Positions 7,761 to 18,359 of a stretch of DNA of 24,970 bases are shown here, one piece after another. Each line of letters opens with the position of its first letter. Position 1 is the first letter of the stretch. A model generated the notes under the pieces. That model saw nothing but the letters and a program-made list of their open reading frames with translations. It was not told the origin of the DNA and did not search any database. A program made the position numbers and the translations under genes. Origin of the DNA: Candidatus Eiseniibacteriota bacterium (GTDB lineage Bacteria > Eisenbacteria > RBG-16-71-46); the NCBI GenBank assembly GCA_031364845.1, contig JANLWX010000002.1, forward strand, positions 1-24,970, read 5' to 3'.

Positions 7761-9557
7761 CTACGGTTGCAGATGCAGGATTCCAATCGCCACGAGAATC
7801 GGGATGATCACGGCGACAATCGCTTCGCCGGCGATGAATCCCGAGGCAAGCGGCACGAGGTGCTTGGTAGCCTGCCGGGGGGCACTCCGGTTCCACATCA
7901 TGGCGACCAGGCCGCCCAGGAACATCGTGATGATCGCGCTGGCGGGCACGAGCATGCCGATACCGATCCCGGTCGGAGACGGCACCTTGCTCTTCCACTT
8001 CGTTCCCTCGAGCACCGTGAACAGGATTCCCAGAACGACCGCGATCCCGAGTGCGGTGATCGCCCCCGGGGGCAGTGCCGAGAGCCCGCCCGACAGGAGC
8101 TTCGCGAACCCCGACCACTTCTGCGAAATCGGCGATTGCAGACCGTTCTCGCCGCCGATGCCATAGGTGTCGCGTAGTAGCGGATACACGAATGAAACCG
8201 CGGCGGCGCCCACGGGAATCGCCAGCAGCTGGGCATAGGTCAGATATTTGGGCGTGCTGCCGATCATGTCGCCCGTCTTGTAGCACTGGATCAGGCCTTC
8301 CGACTCGGAAGCCACCGATCCGGTCACGCCGCTCGAAACCATGTTGGGCATGATCTGCCCGGGCGCGATCATCCCGAACACCGCCTGCATCATGTTCGAC
8401 AGGGCGCTGATTGGCCCCCAGTTGGTCTCCCCCAGCACCCGGATGCCGACCAGCATGAGCGGGATCGTGAACAGGATCGCAAGCAGGGTCATCCACACCG
8501 GCATCCCGAGCGCGTAGTGCTGCACGAGCGTGAGCGCCACCGCGCACAGCACTGAACCGATCAGCACCCACTTCATCGGGAAGTCCTCGCTGCGTATCGA
8601 GCCGCCCGAGAGGTTGCGGAACGTCTTGACCAGCACGTTCCAGCGCAACACCAGCGCGGTGAGCCCGCCGGCGATCAGCATGCCCGTCGCGGGCCACATC
8701 ACCCACAACAGCACCTTGCGGCGCACGAGTTCGTCGATCATGCCGTTCTGGATGAGCAGCGGAGGCGCGATCACCCACGCGATCATGGCTCCGGCGACCA
8801 TGCTGGCGTTGACGCGCATACCGATCAGCATGCCCGAGCCCAGCGACAACAGGCTCCACGATACGCCCACGCCCATCGAGGCGCCGGTCGGCCCGAGCCG
8901 GAGCATCTCCGGGATCCGGTACCACACCTCGCCCAGCATGCGGGCATCCGCGCGCAGCGCCATGATGGCGGCCGAGAGCAGGGTGCCGATACCCATCGAG
9001 CGCGCGGTGTCGCGGGCTTCGGGGCCTTTGGAGTCGAGCACGATCAGCGTTTCCGCCGCCGCGACGCCATCGGCGAACGTGAGCTTCTCGTCGACGATGA
9101 AGTGCTGGCGCATCGGCACCGACAACAGCACGCCGAGCAAGCCGGCCGAGGTCAGCCACATGAACGCCTGGAGCGGCTTCAGCTGGAACGTGAACCCGAG
9201 CGTGCTGTCCTGGCGAAGCATGTCGAAGGCCGCCATCAGCACACACAGGAACGCCGTCTGGCCCGCGGCCGTGCCGGCGGACTGGACGATATTGTTCTCC
9301 CAGCGATTGAACGTGCGCGACACCAGGCCGAGTGCGAGGAACCCGAAAAACGCCGATACGACCGAGATGTTCGGTCCGAACCCGAGCTTGAGCACCACGT
9401 ACGGGTACGAGCCACCGATTATCGCGGCGACGAGGAGCGCGACGATGATGGCTCGCGGCGTGAACTCAGGAGCCCCGGGCGGCTTGAGCGGCATAGCGTG
9501 CGGCTCGGCGGCACCGTGCCCGCCGGCGGACGAAACAACCTGCGGCGATTTTTTCAT
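7761..9557 (-). CDS. OPT family oligopeptide transporter
   Basis: YVVLKLG, ENNIVQSAG, LTFADGVAAAETL, GETNWGP, YKTGDMIGSTP and ASGFIAGE motifs; many TM segments. Confidence 0.92.
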   Translation of the reverse strand: MKKSPQVVSSAGGHGAAEPHAMPLKPPGAPEFTPRAIIVALLVAAIIGGSYPYVVLKLGFGPNISVVSAFFGFLALGLVSRTFNRWENNIVQSAGTAAGQTAFLCVLMAAFDMLRQDSTLGFTFQLKPLQAFMWLTSAGLLGVLLSVPMRQHFIVDEKLTFADGVAAAETLIVLDSKGPEARDTARSMGIGTLLSAAIMALRADARMLGEVWYRIPEMLRLGPTGASMGVGVSWSLLSLGSGMLIGMRVNASMVAGAMIAWVIAPPLLIQNGMIDELVRRKVLLWVMWPATGMLIAGGLTALVLRWNVLVKTFRNLSGGSIRSEDFPMKWVLIGSVLCAVALTLVQHYALGMPVWMTLLAILFTIPLMLVGIRVLGETNWGPISALSNMMQAVFGMIAPGQIMPNMVSSGVTGSVASESEGLIQCYKTGDMIGSTPKYLTYAQLLAIPVGAAAVSFVYPLLRDTYGIGGENGLQSPISQKWSGFAKLLSGGLSALPPGAITALGIAVVLGILFTVLEGTKWKSKVPSPTGIGIGMLVPASAIITMFLGGLVAMMWNRSAPRQATKHLVPLASGFIAGEAIVAVIIPILVAIGILHLQP

Positions 9558-9564
9558 GCGCCGG

Positions 9565-9633
9565 AGAGTAGCACGTCCTGAATGTCGTGAGGAGCCGGCA
9601 CGGTGGCGTGTGTGGAGCGGCACGGTGGCGTGT
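9565..9633 (-). promoter_or_regulatory. OPT promoter: extended -10 TGcTACTCT 7 nt before ATG (leaderless), CGACATTCAG box, and a 16-bp direct repeat
   Basis: TACTCT at 9570-9565; box at 9578-9587; CGGCACGGTGGCGTGT at 9596-9611 and 9618-9633. Confidence 0.6.
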
Positions 9634-9693
9634 TCCAGCGCAGCTCACTGGGCTCGAATCGCGGTTTCAAGCGATGCAGACGACGAGCGTGGA

Positions 9694-9897
9694 TCAGCGT
9701 CGTTCGCTCAACTCCCGCTGATGATTTGCTTCCTCGATCGAGCGAAATCGATAGAGCCCGGGCTCGTGCCTGCGCCGAGCCAGCCTTGTTGTGAAAGCCC
9801 ACAGCATGCGCAGGCGGTGCGGGAGCGCTGGATCTCTCGAATCGGTCCACAGGGCACGCTCGGCTTCTTCGAATGTCCTGAAGCGCTGGATCGGCAC
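9694..9897 (-). CDS. Small hypothetical protein, 67 aa (MPIQRFRTFEEAERALW...PGLYRFRSIEEAN)
   Basis: GGAGGA RBS before GTG at 9897; fills the gap between two genes on the same strand; internal RFRxxEEA repeat. Confidence 0.7.
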   Translation of the reverse strand: MPIQRFRTFEEAERALWTDSRDPALPHRLRMLWAFTTRLARRRHEPGLYRFRSIEEANHQRELSERR

Positions 9898-9970
9898 TAG
9901 ACGTCCTCCAATCCGAAACGACGCCGCAGCGCCTGCCCGGCACCCGCACGATAGCCTCGTGTGCCACTTC

Positions 9971-12736
9971 CTACCACTTCGCCCCCTTCGCCTTCGCCGC
10001 CGGCTTCTTCGCCTCCAGCATTGCGCGCTCCACCGCCGGCAGTTCGTGAACGGACGTCCAGCGCGCGAGCTTCTCGCGGTACACATACTCGGGCGGCGCG
10101 TTCTTCGCGATGCGCTCGCGCACCGGCGCCCACTCGGCTTCGGCGACGGCGCGGTTGCCGAGCTTCGACTCGGCCTTACCCAACACGATGCGGGCGAGAT
10201 CCGACCACTCGCCCCACGCGAGCGCGCGGCGCGCGTGGACCCGCGCGGAGTCGGCTTGGCCGGCTTCCAGGAACCGCCACGCGCGCAGCGCTTCAGCCGT
10301 GGGATGCTCGGCGTCGAGCAGCACGGCTTCGTCGAGCTGAGTTCGCGCCTCGTCGAGCCGCCCGGCGCGGATTAGGTCGCGCGCGTAGTCGCAGCGCAGA
10401 TCGGCGATGCCGGTGCGCATGCGCACGGCGCGGTCGTAGTACTCGAACGCGGGCTTCCAGCGCTGGTCGAGCCCGAGCGCAGACGACTTGCCCCACAGTC
10501 CTTCGGGATTGTCCGATTGATAGCGCAGCACCGAGTCGTATGCGGCGCTGGCTTTCTTCGCATCGCCCTTCACCCAGTAGTAGCGGCCCAGCGCGAGATT
10601 CACCTGATAGCGATCTTCGGGGCGCACATTCATTAGCGAGCGTTCGGCAAGCGCGATCGCGTCGTCGATGCCCTTGCCGCCGCGCCACTGCGCTTCGGCG
10701 GCGGTCGAGATCACGCCTCCGCTCGACGGATGCGCCGCCAGCGCGCGCTCGCCGGCTGCGACCGCACCCGCGCGATCGCCCTTGAGCGTGAGGGCGTAGG
10801 TGAGCGACTGGAGCGCCGACTCCGAGCGCGAATCGCGCGCCAGCGCCTTGTCGAAGAACTTGAGCGCGGCATCGACTTCGCCCTTCTCGATGCGATCGTT
10901 GCCGGCGTTCGTGAAGGCGACGGGATAGCTGGGCGTGACGTCGCGATTCGCGAACAGTCGCTCGACCAGCGTGCGCAACTCGGGATCGAGTTCATCGAGC
11001 CGCTCGCGCACGACTTCGCGCGGGTCGTAGGCGTCGCGCTTCGGCGACTCGAGCGCATTCGCGCCTTCGGCGAAGTATTCCCACACGCTGCCTCCAGCGT
11101 AGCGCGAGAGATAGCCGTTCTTCGTTTGATCGTCGCGCTCCTTCGCGCGGCGGTAGTGCTCCTGGATCACGCGCGCCTCGTCCGGCGGCAGCGCGCCGTG
11201 CACCTGATGCGTGAGCTCGTGCAGCACCGTGTTGTAGCGGTCGAAGATCGTGCGCTCGACATCCTCGATGCCGGTCACCGTGTTGAATCCGCCCGCGCCG
11301 CGGACGTCGTCCCATAGACGCGAGTCGTAGTCGATGCGCGTGTCGCGCAGCGTCTGCAACCCCGGCGTCTCCGACAGCAGCATGTAGAGCGGTTTGATGT
11401 AGTAGCTCGAGCCGCCCTCGACCAGCACCGGGATGTACTGCTGCCACGGAGCCACCGATAGCGCAACGCGCTTCTGATGCCGCGGCGACAGCGACTTCCA
11501 GTTCAGCACGAACTTCTCGATGCCCGGCACTCTCGGCATCGGTGCGGCGGCGAAGCGGCGCTCATAACCGGCACGGTGCACGTCCACCGCGAAGCGCTGC
11601 GACTCGAGCGCCTTCGCGAGCGTCGCATGCGCGCGGCCGTATTCCGGGCACAGGCGCAGCGCCTCGAACGACAGATCGCGCGCCGAGTCGAAACGCCCGT
11701 CTTCGAAGTCGAGCGACGCGAGCCGTACGCGGACATCGACCCACTCGGGATGCGCGCGGCGGATCGCGTCGTACGCGACGCGTGCCGGGGCGCGCCGTCC
11801 GGCGGCGAGCAGGCTGTCGGCGCGAGCGAGGGCGCGAGCGCCCGCCTGATCCGCAAACGCCGCGGAGTACGCGGCCGCAAGCTCCGTGTAGTTCTTGCGC
11901 GCATATCCGTTGCCCAGCAGATAGTGCCCGGCGTCGTGATACGGATTGAGCCGCACCGCCCACTCGGCCGCGGTAACGGCGTCGTCGGCGCGTCCCATGC
12001 GGATCATCGTTTCGGCGAGCACCAACAGCACATCGGGTGTCGCGTCGAGGCCGATCGCCTCGCGCAGCCGGACGAGCGAGCCATCGTAGTCGCGGCGCTT
12101 CTGGAGCACCTGGCCGATTCCTTTGAGCGCCGAAACGCGCGCCCCGCGCGCGTAGCCAGCATCGTGCGCGGTCGCGGTCCGCTCGATCACGCGCGTGTAG
12201 GCGGAGTCGGCGCGATCGTAGTTCAACAGATCGAACGCGAGCCGCCCCGCGGCGAGCAGGTGGGGAAGCGACGCGCTCGTGCCGGGTGCGAGCGAAATCC
12301 CGCGCGTGAGCCGGTCGACCGCATCCGCATCGTCGAGCGCAAAGAGATAGGCGTAGCGCAGCGCGCGCTCGGGGTCGGTCGGATCGCGCCGCGCCGCCAG
12401 CGTTTGGACCAGCGGCCGCGCGGCGGCGAAGTCCTGGCGCGTGAGCGCGACCCGCAGCTTCGCCTGCGCGAGTTCGCGCGCATCGCCCGTCAGGCTGCGC
12501 TGTGCGGCGGCCGCGTCATCGATCAGCCCGGCGTTGATCAGCAGATGCACGTGGCTCGCGGAGGTCGTGCGGCCCTGCGGCGTAAGCTGTGCGAGACGGG
12601 CGGTCTGCTGAGCGGCGAGCGGCGCGAACAGGCTGTCGCTGCGCGATGCCGGAGCGCCCCGTGCGTCGTGCGTTACGAAGCAGGCGCTCACGACGGCGAG
12701 CACGATGAACGGCGACAGCGAGCGACCGGCGCGCAT
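9971..12736 (-). CDS. Secreted TPR-repeat protein with a central ATLF/Pro-Pro-endopeptidase-like zinc metallopeptidase domain
   Basis: AGGAG RBS before ATG 12736; signal-peptide-like N-terminus; TPR helices on both sides of LWDDVRGAGG..VLHELTH..YA..EYFAE. Confidence 0.8.
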   Translation of the reverse strand: MRAGRSLSPFIVLAVVSACFVTHDARGAPASRSDSLFAPLAAQQTARLAQLTPQGRTTSASHVHLLINAGLIDDAAAAQRSLTGDARELAQAKLRVALTRQDFAAARPLVQTLAARRDPTDPERALRYAYLFALDDADAVDRLTRGISLAPGTSASLPHLLAAGRLAFDLLNYDRADSAYTRVIERTATAHDAGYARGARVSALKGIGQVLQKRRDYDGSLVRLREAIGLDATPDVLLVLAETMIRMGRADDAVTAAEWAVRLNPYHDAGHYLLGNGYARKNYTELAAAYSAAFADQAGARALARADSLLAAGRRAPARVAYDAIRRAHPEWVDVRVRLASLDFEDGRFDSARDLSFEALRLCPEYGRAHATLAKALESQRFAVDVHRAGYERRFAAAPMPRVPGIEKFVLNWKSLSPRHQKRVALSVAPWQQYIPVLVEGGSSYYIKPLYMLLSETPGLQTLRDTRIDYDSRLWDDVRGAGGFNTVTGIEDVERTIFDRYNTVLHELTHQVHGALPPDEARVIQEHYRRAKERDDQTKNGYLSRYAGGSVWEYFAEGANALESPKRDAYDPREVVRERLDELDPELRTLVERLFANRDVTPSYPVAFTNAGNDRIEKGEVDAALKFFDKALARDSRSESALQSLTYALTLKGDRAGAVAAGERALAAHPSSGGVISTAAEAQWRGGKGIDDAIALAERSLMNVRPEDRYQVNLALGRYYWVKGDAKKASAAYDSVLRYQSDNPEGLWGKSSALGLDQRWKPAFEYYDRAVRMRTGIADLRCDYARDLIRAGRLDEARTQLDEAVLLDAEHPTAEALRAWRFLEAGQADSARVHARRALAWGEWSDLARIVLGKAESKLGNRAVAEAEWAPVRERIAKNAPPEYVYREKLARWTSVHELPAVERAMLEAKKPAAKAKGAKW

Positions 12737-12903
12737 GACGGATCTCCTGGTGACGTTGGGAAACGGTGAGCCGGGATCATAGCGGATCTGAATGTCGCAG
12801 GTTGTGACTTTGGAGGGGGTTAGGATGATCTCCGGCCCCTTCTGGACTGCTAGCTGGTGGCTTGCACTCAAGTGTGGCATCGCAAATCCCGATAATCTGC
12901 ATA

Positions 12904-12932
12904 TTGCACAAAATACGTATAAGTCATAGTCT
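12904..12932 (+). promoter_or_regulatory. Sigma70 promoter of the TA operon with a palindromic operator candidate
   Basis: TTGCAC-N17-TAGTCT; palindrome ATACGTAT (12913-12920) in the spacer; AT-rich patch. Confidence 0.7.
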
Positions 12933-12971
12933 TGAGTCACTCCACCTATCGCCCTCCGGGAGGAAGCCCAC

Positions 12972-13226
12972 ATGACTGTCGTTGACGCCACCGAGTTTCA
13001 GAGGAAGCTCGGTCAGACCACGGAGAGAGTTGCCCATGATGGGGAACGTATCGTCGTGCAAAGGCATGGACGTCCGCAGTTCGCTGTCATCCCCTACGCC
13101 GACCTGGAAATGCTCGAAGAGCTCGAGGACCAGGTCGATCTCGAAGAGGTACGCAAGCGCCTGCGTGCCGAGCGGGGGAAGACTCGTGTCACCTGGGAGA
13201 CGATCAAGAAGCGTCACGGGATCTGA
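12972..13226 (+). CDS. Type II antitoxin, Phd/YefM family
   Basis: GGAGGA RBS; ATEFQRKLG..GERIVVQRHGRPQFAVIP; acidic C-terminal segment. Confidence 0.9.
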   Translation: MTVVDATEFQRKLGQTTERVAHDGERIVVQRHGRPQFAVIPYADLEMLEELEDQVDLEEVRKRLRAERGKTRVTWETIKKRHGI

Positions 13227-13235
13227 GGCAGCCAC

Positions 13236-13544
13236 GTGAGCAAGGGACCGCGGGCAACACCCAGGCCGGCCCCGAAATCTCAGCGAACCACGTACTCGAT
13301 CGAGTTCCTGAACTCCGCCGCGAGCGAATTCGAAAAGTTGAACGCGAAGATGCAAAAGCGGATCGGATCACGTATCGATGCACTGTCTGACAATCCCCGC
13401 CCTGATGGCTGTACCAAGCTGAAGGGGAGCACGAACACGTATCGGATCCGAGTGAGGGACTACCGTGTTCTTTACGACGTCGAGGACAAGCGGGTCGTCG
13501 TGATCGTCATCAAAGTCGGCCATCGTCGCGACGACTACCGCTAA
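13236..13544 (+). CDS. Type II toxin, RelE/ParE family
   Basis: YSIEF..A..EFEKL..LSDNPRPDGCTKLKG..YRIRVRDYRVLYDV..IKVGHRRD. Confidence 0.92.
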   Translation: MSKGPRATPRPAPKSQRTTYSIEFLNSAASEFEKLNAKMQKRIGSRIDALSDNPRPDGCTKLKGSTNTYRIRVRDYRVLYDVEDKRVVVIVIKVGHRRDDYR

Positions 13545-13570
13545 CGTGCCGATGAAGCTGATGCGTCGGA

Positions 13571-15367
13571 TCATGACTTCGCGCGTTTCTCCCGCGCCGG
13601 CTTCGCAGCCTTCGGGCTCTTCCGTGGTGCCGATCCCGCACCCGCGCGCCGTGCCACGCGCCACGCTTCGAACTTCGCGAACGGCAGCGCGTTCAGCACG
13701 TGGTCTTTCGTCAGCCACGCGCGTCGCGCGTTGAACACCGCGTAGTCCATGTAATCGAGGCTCGGGATTCCGTGGGCATCGGTGTCGAGCACGAAGCGCA
13801 CGCCCTTCTCGCGCGCGAGCCGCGCGTGCACGTCGCTCAGATCGAGCCGGTCGGGCTGGCCGTTGATCTCCATCGCCACGCCCAGTTCGGCCGCGCGCGC
13901 GAACACCTGCTCGGTATCGAAGCGCGCCGGTTCGCGCGCTCCGATCTTGCGGCCGGTCGGATGTCCCATCGCGTGCACCAAGGGGTGCTCGATCGCGCGC
14001 ATCACGCGGGCGGTCATGATCTCCGGCGCCTGGGCGATCTGCGAATGGAGCGACACGATCACCCAGTCGAGCAACGCGAGCGAGTCGTCGTCGAGATCGA
14101 GCGAGCCGTCGGCGAGGATATCGACCTCGAGTCCGTGGAGTACATGGATCCCGGGAACCTGGCGGCGCACCGCCTTCATCTCCTCGACCGACTGGCGCAC
14201 GCGCGCGGCATCGAAGCCATTCGTCATCCCGAGCGCCTTCGAGTGATCGGTGATCGCGACGTACTCGTAGCCCCGGTCCCGCGCGGCGCGCACCATCACT
14301 TCGAGCGATTCCTTGCCGTCGCTGCGATCCGTGTGCATGTGGAGATCGGCGCGCAGATCAGCCTTCTCGATCAGACGCGGCAGCGCGTTCTGCGCCGCCA
14401 GCGCGATCTCGCCCTGCGACTCGCGCATCTCGGGCGGGATATACGCCAGGCCGAGTGCTGCGTAGACATCCTCCTCGGTGCGTCCTGCGACCACGCGATC
14501 GCCTTCGGTGAGTCCGTATTCGTTGAGCGACCAGCCCTTGTCGATCGCGAGTTTGCGCAGCTCGATGTTGTGCGCCTTGCTGCCCGTGAAATAGAGCAGC
14601 GCCGCGCCGTACGATTCGGCGGGCACGATGCGCAGATCCACCTGCAGCCCGCTCGCGATGCGCACCGAGCACTTGGTCGGGCCGCGCGCGATGACGTCCA
14701 TGACGAACGGATGGCCCGCGAACGCGTCCATGACCCGTTCGGCATCGCCGCCCGCCACGACCAGATCGAGGTCGCCCACGGTCTCGCGGCGCCGGCGGAA
14801 CGAGCCCGCCAGCTCGACCTGCTGCACGCCCGGCACCGCGCGCACGTGATCCGCCAGCACGTGTGCTGTGACCCACGCGCCGGCGAGCAGCAGGCGCGGA
14901 GCCTCGGGCGCCGCTGACGTCGCGGCCAGCGCCTTCAGCACGTTCTGCTCGACCGTCTCGCCGAATTTCGGCAGCGCGCGCACCTTGCCTGCGCGCGCCG
15001 CGCGTTCGAGATCGTCGCGGTTGCGAATGCCCAGCTCGTCGAACAGCACCTTTACGCGCTTGGGGCCGAGCCCCGGGATCTCGGTGAGCGCCAGCACTTC
15101 GCGCGGATACTTGCTCACGATCTCGTCGAGCAGCGACGTCGTGCCGGTGCGCACGATGTCGCGGATCTTCTGCGCGAGATCCTTGCCGATGCCGCGGATC
15201 GCCTCGAGCCGGCCCTCGGCCGGCGCAAGCGAGGCCATCGGCTCCGGATGGCTTTCAACCACACGCGCCGCCTCGTGATAGGCGCGGATCCGGAACGGAT
15301 TGCCGCCGTCGAGTTCGAGGCCGGTGGCGATCGTCGTGAAGACGCGCGCGATCTCGGCGTTGGTCAG
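13571..15367 (-). CDS. polX: DNA polymerase X with PHP 3'-5' exonuclease domain; probable CTG start
   Basis: TNAEIA..NPFRIRAY, GLGPKR, AGSFRR..ETVGDLD, QVDLR, YFTGSKAHN; PHP motifs DLHMHT, ITDH, GHPTG, DTDAH. Start is uncertain (CTG 15367, TTG 15427 or GTG 15481). Confidence 0.93.
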   Translation of the reverse strand: MTNAEIARVFTTIATGLELDGGNPFRIRAYHEAARVVESHPEPMASLAPAEGRLEAIRGIGKDLAQKIRDIVRTGTTSLLDEIVSKYPREVLALTEIPGLGPKRVKVLFDELGIRNRDDLERAARAGKVRALPKFGETVEQNVLKALAATSAAPEAPRLLLAGAWVTAHVLADHVRAVPGVQQVELAGSFRRRRETVGDLDLVVAGGDAERVMDAFAGHPFVMDVIARGPTKCSVRIASGLQVDLRIVPAESYGAALLYFTGSKAHNIELRKLAIDKGWSLNEYGLTEGDRVVAGRTEEDVYAALGLAYIPPEMRESQGEIALAAQNALPRLIEKADLRADLHMHTDRSDGKESLEVMVRAARDRGYEYVAITDHSKALGMTNGFDAARVRQSVEEMKAVRRQVPGIHVLHGLEVDILADGSLDLDDDSLALLDWVIVSLHSQIAQAPEIMTARVMRAIEHPLVHAMGHPTGRKIGAREPARFDTEQVFARAAELGVAMEINGQPDRLDLSDVHARLAREKGVRFVLDTDAHGIPSLDYMDYAVFNARRAWLTKDHVLNALPFAKFEAWRVARRAGAGSAPRKSPKAAKPAREKRAKS

Positions 15368-15879
15368 GGCGTCGATCGGTCGCCCCGCTTGCGCTGCATC
15401 CGCACGTCGCGCGCCAGTTCGATCCAATAGGTTTCGTCCCAGTGGCTGTTCGCCTTGTCGGCGGTCGAAGGCAGCACCCACACCGCCGATTCACCCAGCG
15501 GATCCGGCTGACGTCCGTATTCCACCGCATGACCGAGCACGCGCTTGGCGGCTTCCTTGCCGTTGAAGGCGACGATCGCGGGCGCGTTCTCGGCAATGCG
15601 GCGTTTGTAGCCCGCGATGTCGTAGTCGGCGTCGGTCAGGTCGACATCGAGCCCCGGCTTGGTGCGGACGAGATCGGTGAGCCCGATGTCGTATGCGAGC
15701 ACCAGTTCGTACTCCTCGGGCCGCAGCTGGCGCGGCGTGAGCTTGATGCGGTGCAGCGTGCGCCAGAACTTGTTCCCGCTCGCCGAGTAGTAGGCCTTGA
15801 GCTTGTCCGAACGTTCGCTCACGGTGGTTCCGCTGAACACCACGAGCAGATCGCCGGCCAGGACATCGGGAAGAATCAT
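15364..15879 (-). CDS. mug: Mismatch-specific uracil-DNA glycosylase (MUG/TDG family)
   Basis: GAGAGG RBS; ILPDVL..VVFSGT..YY..GNKFW..LTP..IGLTDL..AFNGK..VLPST. Confidence 0.85.
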   Translation of the reverse strand: MILPDVLAGDLLVVFSGTTVSERSDKLKAYYSASGNKFWRTLHRIKLTPRQLRPEEYELVLAYDIGLTDLVRTKPGLDVDLTDADYDIAGYKRRIAENAPAIVAFNGKEAAKRVLGHAVEYGRQPDPLGESAVWVLPSTADKANSHWDETYWIELARDVRMQRKRGDRSTP

Positions 15880-15940
15880 GTGCGGACCTCTCGCTCGTGG
15901 GGAATAGCCGGTGCCGGGTACCCGCAATCGTTCGCGCGCC

Positions 15941-17992
<2,052 letters not shown>

Positions 17993-18077
17993 TTATCCCG
18001 TGACGGGCCCGGGAGGCGCAATCATCGGACACCGCGAAATGCTGAGCGGCCCGCCGCGTGCGATCGAGGCCTCGTAC

Positions 18078-18359
18078 TCAGCCTCCGCTCACCGCCGGCA
18101 CGATCGACACTTCGCAGTCGCCTTCGAGCGGCGTCGCCAGGCCTCCGGTGAAGCGGATACTCTCGGGGCCGACGAACACGTTGACGTGCGGGCGCACGCT
18201 GCCCTGTTCGGTCACCACGCGGTCGCGAACGCCCGGATGGCGCTCCCACAGCAGGGTGAGCGCATCGGCGACCGTCGCCGGGCGGCCTTCGAGTTCGACG
18301 CGGGATTTGCCTTCGGTCCACTGCCGCAGGAATCCCGGAATAAAGAACACGACCCGCAT
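18078..18359 (-). CDS. MoaD/ThiS family ubiquitin-like protein
   Basis: 93 aa; RPHVNVFVG..GLATPL..PAVSGG ending in Gly-Gly; TGATG coupling to the upstream gene. Confidence 0.92.
   Translation of the reverse strand: MRVVFFIPGFLRQWTEGKSRVELEGRPATVADALTLLWERHPGVRDRVVTEQGSVRPHVNVFVGPESIRFTGGLATPLEGDCEVSIVPAVSGG

Noticed and set aside
8062..8073. GCCCCCGGGGGC palindrome within the OPT gene
   Set aside because: It has five C/G rather than four, lacks the ACTG arms, and is explained by Pro-Pro-Gly codons.
12737..12991. N-terminal extensions in the ORF track (TPR protein, pruA, EamA, MoaD, pilins, hydrolase)
   Set aside because: They overlap neighbours or promoters; downstream starts have an RBS or family-typical N-termini.
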